From IMG/VR virus record IMGVR_UViG_3300027126_000001: a stretch of DNA of 64,000 nucleotides; one strand, written 5' to 3'. The DNA comes from a virus (lineage: Duplodnaviria; Heunggongvirae; Uroviricota; Caudoviricetes). A program made the position numbers and the translations under genes. The notes below the pieces were generated by a model. The model was not told where the DNA came from. It saw nothing but the letters and a program-made list of their open reading frames with translations, and searched no databases. Below, piece after piece: positions 32,335-42,968 of the stretch (positions are counted from its first letter, which is position 1; each line of letters begins with the position of its first letter).

Positions 32335-33720
32335 TTAGTAAAGATTATAATAACTATTAATTTTAGTAGATAATGAAGATGTAAATGATGTTACACTTCC
32401 TGTGTACATTATTTTTTCAATTAAATTATTTAAAGATGCTCCCGCATTTAAGGGTTTTGTTAAATAGATATTAAATCCTAGTTGAAGGTTTGTAGCGCTT
32501 ATTAACTTAGCATCGTAGGTTGCAGGTCCTGATGGGTATATTTGGTTCCATCCTTGAGCTCTAGTTGACCCTGATATTATACTTGTGTTAATGCTATATA
32601 TTGGCGATCCTACCCCAGAACCTATATTTGTACTAGTTGAACCAGATTGAAATAATCCGTAATATCTTACACTAGGATTTGTTGTATATCCTATGTATAG
32701 AGTTTGGGAGCCAGGGTTTAAGTGATTGTATACTTGAAAATCATTTAACACTGATGCTGAGAGGAAGTTTTGCATAGTAAATCCTGTTGCAGAATATACA
32801 CTTTGATTAATTCCTACAGCATTATTAGCATTTGAAGCTGTGGGGAAATATTGCACCCCTAAAGCATCTACTTCTACTACTGCGGGCTGGGAAGTCATTG
32901 TATCTGCTTGTAAGTGTCTGTTATTTCCACTTTGATCGTACCAAGTACGTACTCGTGCTCTCCCACCTATAGTTCCCACTGTTTTTATATAGGCTTCAAC
33001 ATATTGTTCAAAATTATAATTAGTTGACCCTGATATTAGCAAAATTCCTGTAACTTCTACAGTATTGGATGTCTGTGTAGTAGTTTTGCGTATTCCCCAG
33101 TTTGATGATCCGCCTATTGTTGTGTATTCTGATTTACATAAGTAAAAATTATTATCCAAAGATTGTGAAGTAAAGTTTGTCCCAGGTTGGGTAGCCATTA
33201 AATGTTGATAGTCGCTAGCTGTATCATTAGGTCCAAATTTTAAAATTCCGTTATCTGTTCTTTTTGCAACAGAATACATTGTATATGTACCTGTACCTAT
33301 AAATGGAGAAGACGGATATAATACCCCAAGGAATTGTGATATTACAGTTTTACCTTGATTATTTACTACAGTTGTACCATCAAATGTAATGGAAGTACTC
33401 CCCGACGTTATCGAGCCAGAGTTAAATGTTGAAAAAGTAATATTTAACCTAGTACCTACTCCCGGATCTGTTGCGGGTTCAGAATATCTCCAAATATTTG
33501 TCTGAGTTCCTATAAAGTTTGATATAGAACCTGTATCTAATTTCCCTCCTACAAAGTTTATATCTAATTCAGCATTATCTTTATCTCGTACAACCTTCAT
33601 GCAAGGTCCTGTATATGTGCTACTTAGCTTTCTTAATGAATATGCAGCGTATGAACCTGTAAATTGATTTAAAATATACGAGCCCTTTATGTAACTTGAT
33701 GCTATTATTCCTGGATTCAT
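32335..33720 (-). CDS. Putative receptor-binding/adhesin protein (beta-rich lectin-like)
   Basis: AAYSLRKLSSTYTGPCMKVVRD...VRTWYDQSGNNRHL with an inserted beta-rich domain. Confidence 0.65.
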   Translation of the reverse strand: MNPGIIASSYIKGSYILNQFTGSYAAYSLRKLSSTYTGPCMKVVRDKDNAELDINFVGGKLDTGSISNFIGTQTNIWRYSEPATDPGVGTRLNITFSTFNSGSITSGSTSITFDGTTVVNNQGKTVISQFLGVLYPSSPFIGTGTYTMYSVAKRTDNGILKFGPNDTASDYQHLMATQPGTNFTSQSLDNNFYLCKSEYTTIGGSSNWGIRKTTTQTSNTVEVTGILLISGSTNYNFEQYVEAYIKTVGTIGGRARVRTWYDQSGNNRHLQADTMTSQPAVVEVDALGVQYFPTASNANNAVGINQSVYSATGFTMQNFLSASVLNDFQVYNHLNPGSQTLYIGYTTNPSVRYYGLFQSGSTSTNIGSGVGSPIYSINTSIISGSTRAQGWNQIYPSGPATYDAKLISATNLQLGFNIYLTKPLNAGASLNNLIEKIMYTGSVTSFTSSLSTKINSYYNLY

Positions 33721-33729
33721 AACTTTATT

Positions 33730-36700
33730 TTATGCTTGTTCTAGTCTTCCGTATAACATATATTCTTCTGCTCCTATCCAATCTATTGCAAATACTGAGT
33801 ATTGTTCTGCCGTTTTTGTATTTTCTGTTGCTGCTGTTCTTATTGTAACTCCTGAACCTGTTACAAATGATAGTTGTCCTGTTCCTAGTTGCTTACCTTC
33901 AAACCTACTTCCTATTTGTAAATTTAGAGGTATTGTTATTGTTGTAGCTGTACTTGAAGTAAAATGTAAAATTCTACCAGTATCCTGTTGTTGAAGGGTA
34001 TAGTTAATTGACCCTGTTGATAAAATATCTTTAAATAAAGAGATAGGCCCTGTTCCTAATAATGAACCTGTAAACTGTCCTGTAAAAGATCCTGAGAATG
34101 AACCTGTGTTTGATAAAAATTGATCTACTCTATTAGCTGTTACTATTACTGAAGGAATACCTGGATGCCCATCTGCAGGTTCTGCAAATAATCTTACACT
34201 AGTATCAGCTGATTGCCATATAATTTGATAGTAATCATTAGCTGCTGAGTTTGTAAACCAATTCCAAGCTGCTACTTCTTTACCGTTATTACCTGTTAGT
34301 GTTACAGTAGTGGCAGTATCTGTTAAATCAATTCCATTTTTTCTTAACCAAATTACTATTTCATCTGCTCCTGAATCTGTCTTATCTAATTGTGCTGAGA
34401 ATTGAATATTATATACTCCAGCATTTTGTGTTTTAATATAAGTGTTAAAAGGATTTGTTGATCCTGATACAGACACTCCATTTGTAATGTCTGTTCTATT
34501 AAGAGACATTGAACGAGGCATATTAGCAACAGGATTTGTTTGAGTAGTTGTATCATAAAAACTACCATATGAACCTGTCGCTGTATTAAATCCACCTCCA
34601 TCACTAGTTGATGAAATTGTTACTTGACCTAATCCATCTGTCGGTGATAATGTTATATTTGGACCTGCTAATAATTGTGTTACTCCTCCATTTAAAGCAT
34701 ATGATGCTGTAGTTGCTCTTGACGCAGATACTGCAAATGAAGCACTTAACCCATTCAATGCATAAGAAGCTGTACCAAATAATGAACCTGTAAAGGAACT
34801 TGAAATGAAAGTCGACGCAAAGATACTCCCACTAACATGTAAATTGTATTGTGGATTAAATGTATTAATACCGACTCTTCCGTTTACTACTGAGGAGGAA
34901 AAGGCGTTGCCGGTGGTTGTTGAGTAAGAACCTGTTGCAAATATTAATCCTCCTAAATTTATACAGTGTCTAGATTGGGAAGGTAAACTTATATTTGTAC
35001 CTATTATAATATTATTAGTATTTATAGTTCTAGTCCCTGATCCATTATTCCCAACATTATACCCTATTAGTGTAGAATATGAAGCATTAAGTGCTGTTCT
35101 ACCGGCATTATTTCCTAAAAAGTTTGAATTGTTAGCACTATTAGCTTGGAATCCGGCTTGATATCCTAAGAAGTTTGAACTACTGGCATTAGTAGCTTGA
35201 TATCCGGCTTGGAATCCTAAGAAGTTTGAATTACCGGCATTAGTAGCCTCGTATCCGGCACTGTTTCCTAAGAAGTTCGAACTACCAGCATTGGTAGCAT
35301 TTTGTCCTGCTTGAGGTCCTAAGAAGTTTGAATAATCAGCACCTGATGCATATCTTCCAGCATTATTTCCTAAAAAGTTTGAATTGTTAGCACTATTAGC
35401 TTGGTATCCAGCACCACTTCCTAAGAAGTTTGAATTACTAGCATTAGTAGCCTGATATCCGGCACTGTTTCCTAAGAAGTTTGAATTACCGGCATTAGTA
35501 GCCTCGTATCCGGCACTGTTTCCTAAGAAGTTTGAATAACTAGCACCTGATGCATATATTCCAGCATTACTTCCTAAGAAGTTTGAATTACTAGCATTGG
35601 TTGCTTCTTGTCCAGCTTGAGGTCCTAAAAAGTTTGAACTACCTGCATTAGTAGCCTCGTATCCGGCGCTTTGACCTAAGAAGTTTGAATAATTAGCACC
35701 TGATGCATATCTTCCAGCACTGTTTCCTAAGAAGTTTGAATAATTGGCATTGGTAGCATTTTGTCCTGCTTGAGGTCCTAAGAAGTTTGAATTATTGGCA
35801 TTGGTAGCATTTTGTCCTGCTTGAGGTCCTAAGAAGTTTGAATTACTGGCAGTAGTGTATGCTCCGGCACTGGTTCCTAAGAAGTTTGAACCATCAGCAT
35901 CAGAAGCCGAAAAGCCGGCTTGGTTACCTAAAAATATACTATTGGCATTAGATGGTCTTTGTAGGATAACATCAAAGTACGGGGTACCGGCTGGTGGATT
36001 TGTTGAGTAAAGTGTATTGTACTCAACAGATATTGGATAACTCGATGTAGTAGCATTTTGTGCAAATGATGAAGTAGTAGCAAATGATGCTGTAGTAGCA
36101 AATGAACTTGATATTGCTCTTGAACTTGACACAGCAAATGATGCTGTTCCTAATAATGACCCTGTAATAGAAGGTGCTTCTAAATAATTACCAACAAAAC
36201 CTTCACCAGTTTCAATGTATTTATCAGAATATGTTGTATAAGTTTGTATTCTTAGAAAATTTTCCTCACTAGTATTTTTATCACTATTAAGGATATTAAT
36301 ATTATCAGATTTTAACTGTAATACCTGTTCATAAGTACCATTGTCCGTTGTTATTATAAGTTGGTCTGGGTATATTTGTATTTTACCAAAATCTGTACCT
36401 GAAGTATTTTGTATAGTGGAGGTGTTTAGTGTAGTATTTATTAAACTTCCAATAGATGTTCCATTAGAGTTACCACCTAATGCTACACCAAATCCTTCCT
36501 CAACATTAGCTAATAGACCTATTGATTGTGATTGATAGTTAAAGTCATTATTTGATATATCGTTAAACAGTATCTGCCTATTATTTACCCCAGCTGGGTA
36601 GTCTACACCGAATAGGGCTGTTCTACTAGCATCAGTACCCCAGTTTGTAGTAAATCCTTGTGTTGCTGTAACACTTCCTGTTACTGTTTGGTTTCCTATA

Positions 36701-36858
36701 AAAATATTTGAACCTGTAGTTGCAAATGAACCTGTATCAATAGTTGTTCCTCCTGCATTTAGAGCATAGGAAGCTGTTGCAGAATAAGAAGCACTCACAG
36801 CATTCTGTGCCCAAGATGCTGTTGCAATTTGTTTACCTTGTATTAATTTTAGTGGCAT
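33730..36858 (-). CDS. Tail fiber/adhesin with 17-aa beta-repeat array
   Basis: 1042 aa, Ser/Thr/Gly-rich; SNFLGxxAG repeats; GRVGINTFNPQYNLHVSG. Confidence 0.8.
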   Translation of the reverse strand: MPLKLIQGKQIATASWAQNAVSASYSATASYALNAGGTTIDTGSFATTGSNIFIGNQTVTGSVTATQGFTTNWGTDASRTALFGVDYPAGVNNRQILFNDISNNDFNYQSQSIGLLANVEEGFGVALGGNSNGTSIGSLINTTLNTSTIQNTSGTDFGKIQIYPDQLIITTDNGTYEQVLQLKSDNINILNSDKNTSEENFLRIQTYTTYSDKYIETGEGFVGNYLEAPSITGSLLGTASFAVSSSRAISSSFATTASFATTSSFAQNATTSSYPISVEYNTLYSTNPPAGTPYFDVILQRPSNANSIFLGNQAGFSASDADGSNFLGTSAGAYTTASNSNFLGPQAGQNATNANNSNFLGPQAGQNATNANYSNFLGNSAGRYASGANYSNFLGQSAGYEATNAGSSNFLGPQAGQEATNASNSNFLGSNAGIYASGASYSNFLGNSAGYEATNAGNSNFLGNSAGYQATNASNSNFLGSGAGYQANSANNSNFLGNNAGRYASGADYSNFLGPQAGQNATNAGSSNFLGNSAGYEATNAGNSNFLGFQAGYQATNASSSNFLGYQAGFQANSANNSNFLGNNAGRTALNASYSTLIGYNVGNNGSGTRTINTNNIIIGTNISLPSQSRHCINLGGLIFATGSYSTTTGNAFSSSVVNGRVGINTFNPQYNLHVSGSIFASTFISSSFTGSLFGTASYALNGLSASFAVSASRATTASYALNGGVTQLLAGPNITLSPTDGLGQVTISSTSDGGGFNTATGSYGSFYDTTTQTNPVANMPRSMSLNRTDITNGVSVSGSTNPFNTYIKTQNAGVYNIQFSAQLDKTDSGADEIVIWLRKNGIDLTDTATTVTLTGNNGKEVAAWNWFTNSAANDYYQIIWQSADTSVRLFAEPADGHPGIPSVIVTANRVDQFLSNTGSFSGSFTGQFTGSLLGTGPISLFKDILSTGSINYTLQQQDTGRILHFTSSTATTITIPLNLQIGSRFEGKQLGTGQLSFVTGSGVTIRTAATENTKTAEQYSVFAIDWIGAEEYMLYGRLEQA
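35085..35935 (-). repeat. Tandem 51-bp (17-aa) repeat, 16 SNFLG units
   Basis: cctaagaagtttgaa recurs with a 51-bp period. Confidence 0.9.
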
Positions 36859-36861
36859 ATC

Positions 36862-38097
36862 TTAGCTAAATTTTCCTACTATTACTATTTGATCTGTACT
36901 ATCAAGTGTAAATCCTAAATCTGTGAACGTAGTTGTTATGTTTGCTCCTGATTGAATTGTTGTTCTATTTTCCCTAGGTATCAATATACCGTTTATATAT
37001 ACTTGGAAATCTCCTTCGTCTAGTGCTGGGAATCCAGTTGGCGGAGATGGTATTGTATGGTTGTTAAATGTAGCAACTAATCCTACTATTGGATCTGCTA
37101 ATGCTGTGTTCGACATTCCTACATATGCTATTTGCTCTACCGTCATTCCTGATCCTCCTGTTCCTCCTCCTGTATTTCCAGTTGCTCCTGTAAATGCTGT
37201 GTCGAAGAATCTCGAAGGAGCTTGTGCTGTTGATGTTGCTGCTCTTGCATTTAGTATTTCAACTGATCCTGCTGTCTCTATTCCAAATTTTAAAGCTGCT
37301 TTTGAATAGAATTTATTTGGATTTGCTACCGATGCGTTGATAGTATCTGGTATAATGTACCCTCCTATTTTAATTGTAAAGGTTGTCTTTACTGTTCTAT
37401 CTCCTCCCTGTATTAGTTCCGTAGTAGTTGTGTAGTCGTCAATCGATGCTCTAAATTTGAATCTTTCTGGATCTCCCCAGTATGAATCAGAGGCAAAATT
37501 AATACCTTCTACTATTTTATTCATTTGTTCTACATACTCTGTAAAAATTGTACAAGAGTATACTAGGTTTACATAATCTGGTATGATTACTCCATAATAC
37601 TCTTTTACTGGAATTCTGTTTGTTAGTATTCCAAATTGATCGTATATGTTTTTACCTGAGTACTTTTTTTCAAATACTCCAAAGTGTAGTGGATTATTTG
37701 CATCCATTTTATTTCCTAACCCTCTATCTTTGGTAACAGAATCCCTCTTAAACATGATAAGTGGTGTCTGTATTTTACCATTCTTATCTCTGTAGAATCC
37801 ATCTTTCTGTACTGACGCCCATCTTTCTGGTGATCCGTATAGGATCGGTACATTAACTTTTGCTCCATTTTGTATTACAGAAGGTCTAATTACATTCTCA
37901 AAATAGTATATTATTGCTGCATCTACATCTCTCAGTCCTACTTGGAACTGTTTTACTTCGTCGTTTTTTACACTCTTTTGATTTTCTCTTCTTTTATTTG
38001 CAGGTATAGGAGCTTTGCCGTTATTCAAATACGGTGTGATTGTCTCTTGAGACAACTCTACTTGTGATTTAGGAACTGGTTTTTTTATGTTTGTCAT
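36862..38097 (-). CDS. Tail terminator/sheath stabilizer (gp15-like) with C-terminal extension
   Basis: VPILYGSPERW...IQTPLIMFKR...PDYVNLVY...EQMNKIVE. Confidence 0.7.
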   Translation of the reverse strand: MTNIKKPVPKSQVELSQETITPYLNNGKAPIPANKRRENQKSVKNDEVKQFQVGLRDVDAAIIYYFENVIRPSVIQNGAKVNVPILYGSPERWASVQKDGFYRDKNGKIQTPLIMFKRDSVTKDRGLGNKMDANNPLHFGVFEKKYSGKNIYDQFGILTNRIPVKEYYGVIIPDYVNLVYSCTIFTEYVEQMNKIVEGINFASDSYWGDPERFKFRASIDDYTTTTELIQGGDRTVKTTFTIKIGGYIIPDTINASVANPNKFYSKAALKFGIETAGSVEILNARAATSTAQAPSRFFDTAFTGATGNTGGGTGGSGMTVEQIAYVGMSNTALADPIVGLVATFNNHTIPSPPTGFPALDEGDFQVYINGILIPRENRTTIQSGANITTTFTDLGFTLDSTDQIVIVGKFS

Positions 38098-38100
38098 TTA

Positions 38101-38589
38101 CTAAATTCTTACTCTTGTTATGCCTACCTTATCTGATCTTGTTAAGTGTGTTTGGCAAATAATAGAAACCGATGCTCCAAAGTTTGGTCCTTGGTCGGTG
38201 AAGCTATATGCATTATCTTTCCCTAGGAATAACTGGTTCTCTGTGGTGTTATCCACTTCGTAGTAATTCTCATGCCAAAGGATAATATCCCCTACCTCAG
38301 GTACAACGTTTACTAAAGCTAGATCTTCTCTTAAAAATGCGAATGAAGATTCTCTTGTTAGGTCTGGTCCAAAATCATCCACATTACTTACCTGGTCTCC
38401 TCTTGTTATTAAGCAGTTCAGTTTAACGGGTTCCCAGAATATTTTATCCATCCCTTCTCCGTAGATGTTTGCTTGAGTTTGTTCTAAAGAGAATTTGTAA
38501 TAGAGAATCTCTTGCTCCACTACATCTGATAGTAACTCTCTGTTTATACCTACAAACAGGTTAAAATCTCTTTGACTTCCGAATATCAT
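38101..38589 (-). CDS. Neck/head-closure protein (gp14-like)
   Basis: NIYGE...VPEVGDIILWHENYYEV. Confidence 0.7.
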   Translation of the reverse strand: MIFGSQRDFNLFVGINRELLSDVVEQEILYYKFSLEQTQANIYGEGMDKIFWEPVKLNCLITRGDQVSNVDDFGPDLTRESSFAFLREDLALVNVVPEVGDIILWHENYYEVDNTTENQLFLGKDNAYSFTDQGPNFGASVSIICQTHLTRSDKVGITRVRI

Positions 38590-38897
38590 CGACTAACTTT
38601 TTCTATAGATTTAACTGAAAGATCTACTTTTTTAATATTTGGGACTAACCTAAATGTATCTTTTTTTAATTTTTCAAATACTAATAGAGGTTGTTTTGCT
38701 GTAAGAATTTTTACTTTCAAGATAACAGTATTTATATCCTCGTTTGAGCCTATAGCAGTAACCCTGGTTACTCCTGGCATAGCTCTAACAAAATCTGCAA
38801 CTTGTGAAGCTGTGATTTCATCTTTATGTCCAACTCGTACCAATGCCTGGTATAGTGAAAATTCTCTTTCTTCTCTTAATATGTTTACTAATCTCAT
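38586..38897 (-). CDS. Hypothetical protein with MRLVNILREE leader
   Basis: 103-aa ORF. Confidence 0.75.
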   Translation of the reverse strand: MRLVNILREEREFSLYQALVRVGHKDEITASQVADFVRAMPGVTRVTAIGSNEDINTVILKVKILTAKQPLLVFEKLKKDTFRLVPNIKKVDLSVKSIEKVSR

Positions 38898-40057
38898 TAT
38901 CCTACAAATATTACCATTGGAACCTGTTTTAACGTATCCTGTAAAAACCCACTTTCCCCTGCTTTTCTTTCCAGTTGTGAGAGTTTTGAAGTACTTTCCA
39001 ATATTGTTCGTAAATTTTCTATTAAAGCTGTTTTTTCTGTTCTAGCATCTGCTAACAGATCTTGTTGATTTAATGTAGCTTCTGATCCTGGGATAGGAAC
39101 TGTTGTGTATTTTCCTCTAACATAAGCTAGTAGTTCTTTTGCTAAAGCTAAAGAGTATCTATAAACCCACTGTCTACCGATTGAATTTATACTTGCATAG
39201 GTTGGATTCTCATAAGGAACATTTGATATATTGGAAATAGATGTTCCGGATCCTCCTGGAGTATTAGCTGAATTATCTAAAGACTGTTTTTCTTTTACCT
39301 TATAGTATTCAAACCATATTTTTCCTGCATTCTTAGGTACCGGAAATAATTTTAAATGATTGTTAACTATTTCAAAAGAGTATCCTGATCTTCTGATCTG
39401 GTCATTAAATTCAATTGCTTGTACTTTTAGTATATCGTAAGAAGCGGGCATTAGTAAGAAGTTTACCCCTGGAGAGAATGATCCGAAATCGAATGCATCC
39501 ATAAGAGATTGAATACCTGTCCCTGTTCCTGCATAAGGATCAAAATATCTTAAAATTGCAGGTGGCGCTTCGTAAAATACTCTTGTAATCTCTATCCTAC
39601 CTTGAATACCTTCATTAGTTGCCCAGGCATTTAGGTCATATGTTTGTATGTTTGGAGATACGTTTATCGACCCACTGTAACGTGTTACAACTCCTCCTAC
39701 TCCTGCTTCAGTTCCATATCCTGCTGCAATTGTAATTATATTCTGCAAGGAAGGTGTTACTACTGCATCATTAAGTGTAGTGGAAGTGTCTCCTCCTTCC
39801 AGCGATAAATAATTCTGTACAGCTTGTGCTTGATATACTTCGTTTCCATAAGTGGTAACTGCTTCCTCAAAGCAAGCAAAAAATGATCCTGAGTTTAGTT
39901 CAACATCCATTAGAGGATACCCTAGACGAATAGCACAGTAGTTAGCTACTTTTGGTGCTTCATCTTGAAAATCTAAATCATCATCATAAAATCCAAACGG
40001 AGTTGATTGCCCTGCTGTGAATGTTGCTGTTCCATCCCATATTTGTATATTAGCCAT
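38897..40057 (-). CDS. Neck/head-tail adaptor protein (gp13-like)
   Basis: RLGYPLMDVEL...WVYRYSLALAKELL...RGKY...LNQQDL. Confidence 0.8.
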   Translation of the reverse strand: MANIQIWDGTATFTAGQSTPFGFYDDDLDFQDEAPKVANYCAIRLGYPLMDVELNSGSFFACFEEAVTTYGNEVYQAQAVQNYLSLEGGDTSTTLNDAVVTPSLQNIITIAAGYGTEAGVGGVVTRYSGSINVSPNIQTYDLNAWATNEGIQGRIEITRVFYEAPPAILRYFDPYAGTGTGIQSLMDAFDFGSFSPGVNFLLMPASYDILKVQAIEFNDQIRRSGYSFEIVNNHLKLFPVPKNAGKIWFEYYKVKEKQSLDNSANTPGGSGTSISNISNVPYENPTYASINSIGRQWVYRYSLALAKELLAYVRGKYTTVPIPGSEATLNQQDLLADARTEKTALIENLRTILESTSKLSQLERKAGESGFLQDTLKQVPMVIFVG

Positions 40058-40067
40058 TTAGTATCTT

Positions 40068-40490
40068 TTATGTAGTTACTATTAAATAACCTATTTTTGC
40101 ATTTGATCCAGAAGGCTGTACTTTTATTGATCTTATGTTATCATAGTTAAAGTTAGTTAAACTTCCTGTCATAAGTCCTGTACTTAGAAAAAATGTACCC
40201 CCTCCGCTTATTAGTAAATTTACAGTACTAGTAGAAGAAGATATTTGTAAGTTTACGTTGGAACCTGTAGACATATTGGTAATTCTAGCATACTGTAAAC
40301 TACTTGAAACAAAGGTCCCTGCTCCTGGTAAATTGCTTAGGTTGAACAACTCAGTAAGACTGCTTGAAGGTACGTTTACTATTCTTTCATCTATATATTC
40401 TATATTAGGAATAGTATGGGAATAGGAAGTACCTCTTTCCTTACCTTCTATTTTAATCCTCTCTCTTATAAAGTATGTAAAGTCTGCCAT
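40068..40490 (-). CDS. Hypothetical structural protein
   Basis: 140-aa beta-rich ORF with TATTTAT motif upstream. Confidence 0.7.
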   Translation of the reverse strand: MADFTYFIRERIKIEGKERGTSYSHTIPNIEYIDERIVNVPSSSLTELFNLSNLPGAGTFVSSSLQYARITNMSTGSNVNLQISSSTSTVNLLISGGGTFFLSTGLMTGSLTNFNYDNIRSIKVQPSGSNAKIGYLIVTT

Positions 40491-40524
40491 CTGAATTTGT
40501 TTTATTTATAAATAGTAGTTTAGT

Positions 40525-41211
40525 TTAATCCCTAAAATCTTGATATACTTTTAATATTGGAGATACTATTTCGTGTCTATGGTTTTGTTTTAAAGCAAAA
40601 ATTCTGAATCCTTGTACTTGTTCTTCGATTCTCGTAAGGAATGAAAATCCTGTTTCTTTTTTTATTTTTAAATCAATTTGAGCTAAATCTCCACATATTA
40701 CCATTTTAGATCCTTTACCTAATCTTCCCAAAACAGTTTCCATTTGATCTTGGGTGACGTTTTGTGCCTCATCCACTATAACAAAAGAATTTACAAATGT
40801 TCTACCTCTCATAAATGCAAATGGTACAATTTCAATATTTCCTTGTTCCATTTCTTTATCTACTTTATCCTTACCATACAGCATGTATAGGTTGTGATAT
40901 ATCGGTGCTAACCAAGGATCCATTTTTTCTTTAAGATCTCCTGGTAGGAATCCTAATTCTTCCTTAGCCACGGTAGGCCTGGTTATAATAATCTTTTCTA
41001 CCTCTCTACAAAATAGCATATCTAATGCTGCTTGTACGGCTACTAAGGTTTTTCCTGAACCTGCCATTCCTTTTAGGACGACTACGGGATTTTCTACAAT
41101 AAGTGCTTTTGCTTGTTTCTGTTCGTCATTAAGTTGGAGTTGGAACTTAATTGGGTTTTTCGGTTTTCTCTTTTGAGTATAAACCTCATCAGTGTGATGG
41201 TTTGAAGCCAT
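40525..41211 (-). CDS. phoH: PhoH-family ATPase
   Basis: GMAGSGKT, LGFLPGD, FMRGRTF, DEAQN, GDLAQIDL. Confidence 0.93.
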   Translation of the reverse strand: MASNHHTDEVYTQKRKPKNPIKFQLQLNDEQKQAKALIVENPVVVLKGMAGSGKTLVAVQAALDMLFCREVEKIIITRPTVAKEELGFLPGDLKEKMDPWLAPIYHNLYMLYGKDKVDKEMEQGNIEIVPFAFMRGRTFVNSFVIVDEAQNVTQDQMETVLGRLGKGSKMVICGDLAQIDLKIKKETGFSFLTRIEEQVQGFRIFALKQNHRHEIVSPILKVYQDFRD

Positions 41212-41259
41212 AGTGAAACGTTTATTTGTTTATTATAAATATACGAAACTTTTTTAGAT

Positions 41260-41285
41260 AAAAAAAGAGGGCTAAAAGCCCTCTT
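41260..41285 (-). terminator. Intrinsic terminator after major capsid gene
   Basis: AAGAGGGC-TTTTA-GCCCTCTT plus T run. Confidence 0.85.
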
Positions 41286-41312
41286 CCTTATTATTATTAT
41301 TCTAGTTTATTC

Positions 41313-42944
41313 TTAGATAGTAGTTACGTCACTAACGAAGATTTTACCGTAGAATTCTGGTCTGATCATTTTCTTAGCATATCTAGTCATGATACCTTTT
41401 CTTGGAGTGAAGGTAGTTGGATCGTAGATAAGTGGTGTCATGATTAATGGTACGTAAGGAGCATAAACTGCACCTGTTTCAAGGAATTGAGATCCTCTGT
41501 AACCCATTAAGATCACGTTTTCAGTCATGTAAGGGTTTTTATAAACTCTAAATCTTGAGTTTAAATTACCTACTTTTTGAACACCCATTGCGAAGTCCAT
41601 TTTATCTCCGTTTGTATCTGCTGCATATCCTGGAATTGATTCTAAGATTGTAGCTACAGTTGGAGAACATACTAAGAAATTAGCTCCACCTCTTAAAGTT
41701 TTTTGGTGAATTTTGTTAGATACTTTTTGTACTTTAGTACCTAAAGTTCCAAACCATTGACCTTGAGTGTTATAGTAACCTCCTGCTGCAACTGAACTGT
41801 CTGTCCAAGCTGTTCCTGTCCAGTTTCTGTTAGATACTGCTGACCATCTTTCAGTTGTAGCTGCATCGGTAATTAACATATCTAATAGTTCTAAGTCGAT
41901 CTCCATAGAGATGTACTCTGATAATAGTGATGTTAACTCTGCTTCAGCATCAATTGAATGGTAAGCGTTAAGATCTTGTGCGAACTCTGGAGTCCATTGA
42001 GCTTTTAATTTTCTTGTCTTAGCAACAATTGCCTCAGAAGCTAATTGAACGTTGATTTCTGGTATTTTTAACGTACCTGTTGTATCTTCGAAATCACCTC
42101 TTGAGTTATCAGTCGGTTGTTTTGAGAAAATTACTGTACCACCTGTAACAATTGTAGCTGCTCCTAAAGAACCTCCTGCACTTGCTAACTTAGATACGAA
42201 TACGATAAAGTCTCCACCTGCTGATTGAGATACAAAAGTTAATTCTGGGTTAGTAGTTACATCTACTGCTACTGATCCAGATAATAATCTGAAAGATCTT
42301 ACTGCTTCTAAGTCTGGATTAGAGAAAGATGAAGTAGGTACTGCTACTGCTTTGTACTCTGATGGGGCAACTCCGAATTGGTATGCGATAGAAGCTGAAA
42401 GAGCTGCTGATACTGTAGAAGTTGATGTCAATGTAGTTGCTGATGCAGAGTTAATTGAGTATCCAAATCTTCCAGCACCGTATAAACCTCCCGATACTTC
42501 TTCGTCAACTGACATTTTATTTGCAGCTCCTGCATCAGATACGTTACCGTACATACTATTTCCTGATGAAAATGTTCCTTGGTTAGTTCCGTATTTAAAA
42601 TCTAAATAGAAAATAAGACCTGAAGGTAAGTTCATTGGTTGAACAGAAACGAAATCTTTAGCAGCGATTTGAGCGAATACTTTACGTACTAATGGTAAAG
42701 CTACTCCAGCCCATTGCTCACCTTGTCCAGCTGAGAAAGAACCTCCTCCTGAATTTGTAGAAGATTGTTCCGATACTAATTGTTTTGCTTGATTCTCAAG
42801 AATCATAGCCATGCTATTTTTTTCGATTTCATTAGAAATACCGTCTAATAAACCTGTAGCACTCCATTTACCTGCTAAACGAGCAGCATCTGCTTGTAAA
42901 GACTTGTAATTGTTAGAGCTCTCTAATAATTGATTTAATTCCAT
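41313..42944 (-). CDS. Major capsid protein (gp23-like)
   Basis: VSVQPMNLPSGLIFYL, AKTRKLKAQWTPEFAQDLNAYH, YAPYVPL, PRKGIMTRYA. Confidence 0.95.
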   Translation of the reverse strand: MELNQLLESSNNYKSLQADAARLAGKWSATGLLDGISNEIEKNSMAMILENQAKQLVSEQSSTNSGGGSFSAGQGEQWAGVALPLVRKVFAQIAAKDFVSVQPMNLPSGLIFYLDFKYGTNQGTFSSGNSMYGNVSDAGAANKMSVDEEVSGGLYGAGRFGYSINSASATTLTSTSTVSAALSASIAYQFGVAPSEYKAVAVPTSSFSNPDLEAVRSFRLLSGSVAVDVTTNPELTFVSQSAGGDFIVFVSKLASAGGSLGAATIVTGGTVIFSKQPTDNSRGDFEDTTGTLKIPEINVQLASEAIVAKTRKLKAQWTPEFAQDLNAYHSIDAEAELTSLLSEYISMEIDLELLDMLITDAATTERWSAVSNRNWTGTAWTDSSVAAGGYYNTQGQWFGTLGTKVQKVSNKIHQKTLRGGANFLVCSPTVATILESIPGYAADTNGDKMDFAMGVQKVGNLNSRFRVYKNPYMTENVILMGYRGSQFLETGAVYAPYVPLIMTPLIYDPTTFTPRKGIMTRYAKKMIRPEFYGKIFVSDVTTI

Positions 42945-42968
42945 TTGTTTAATTGAATTTGTTTTGTG

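Noticed and set aside
35085-35935. CRISPR array or DGR template
   Set aside because: In-frame 51-bp coding repeats without unique spacers; no cas or reverse transcriptase gene in the window
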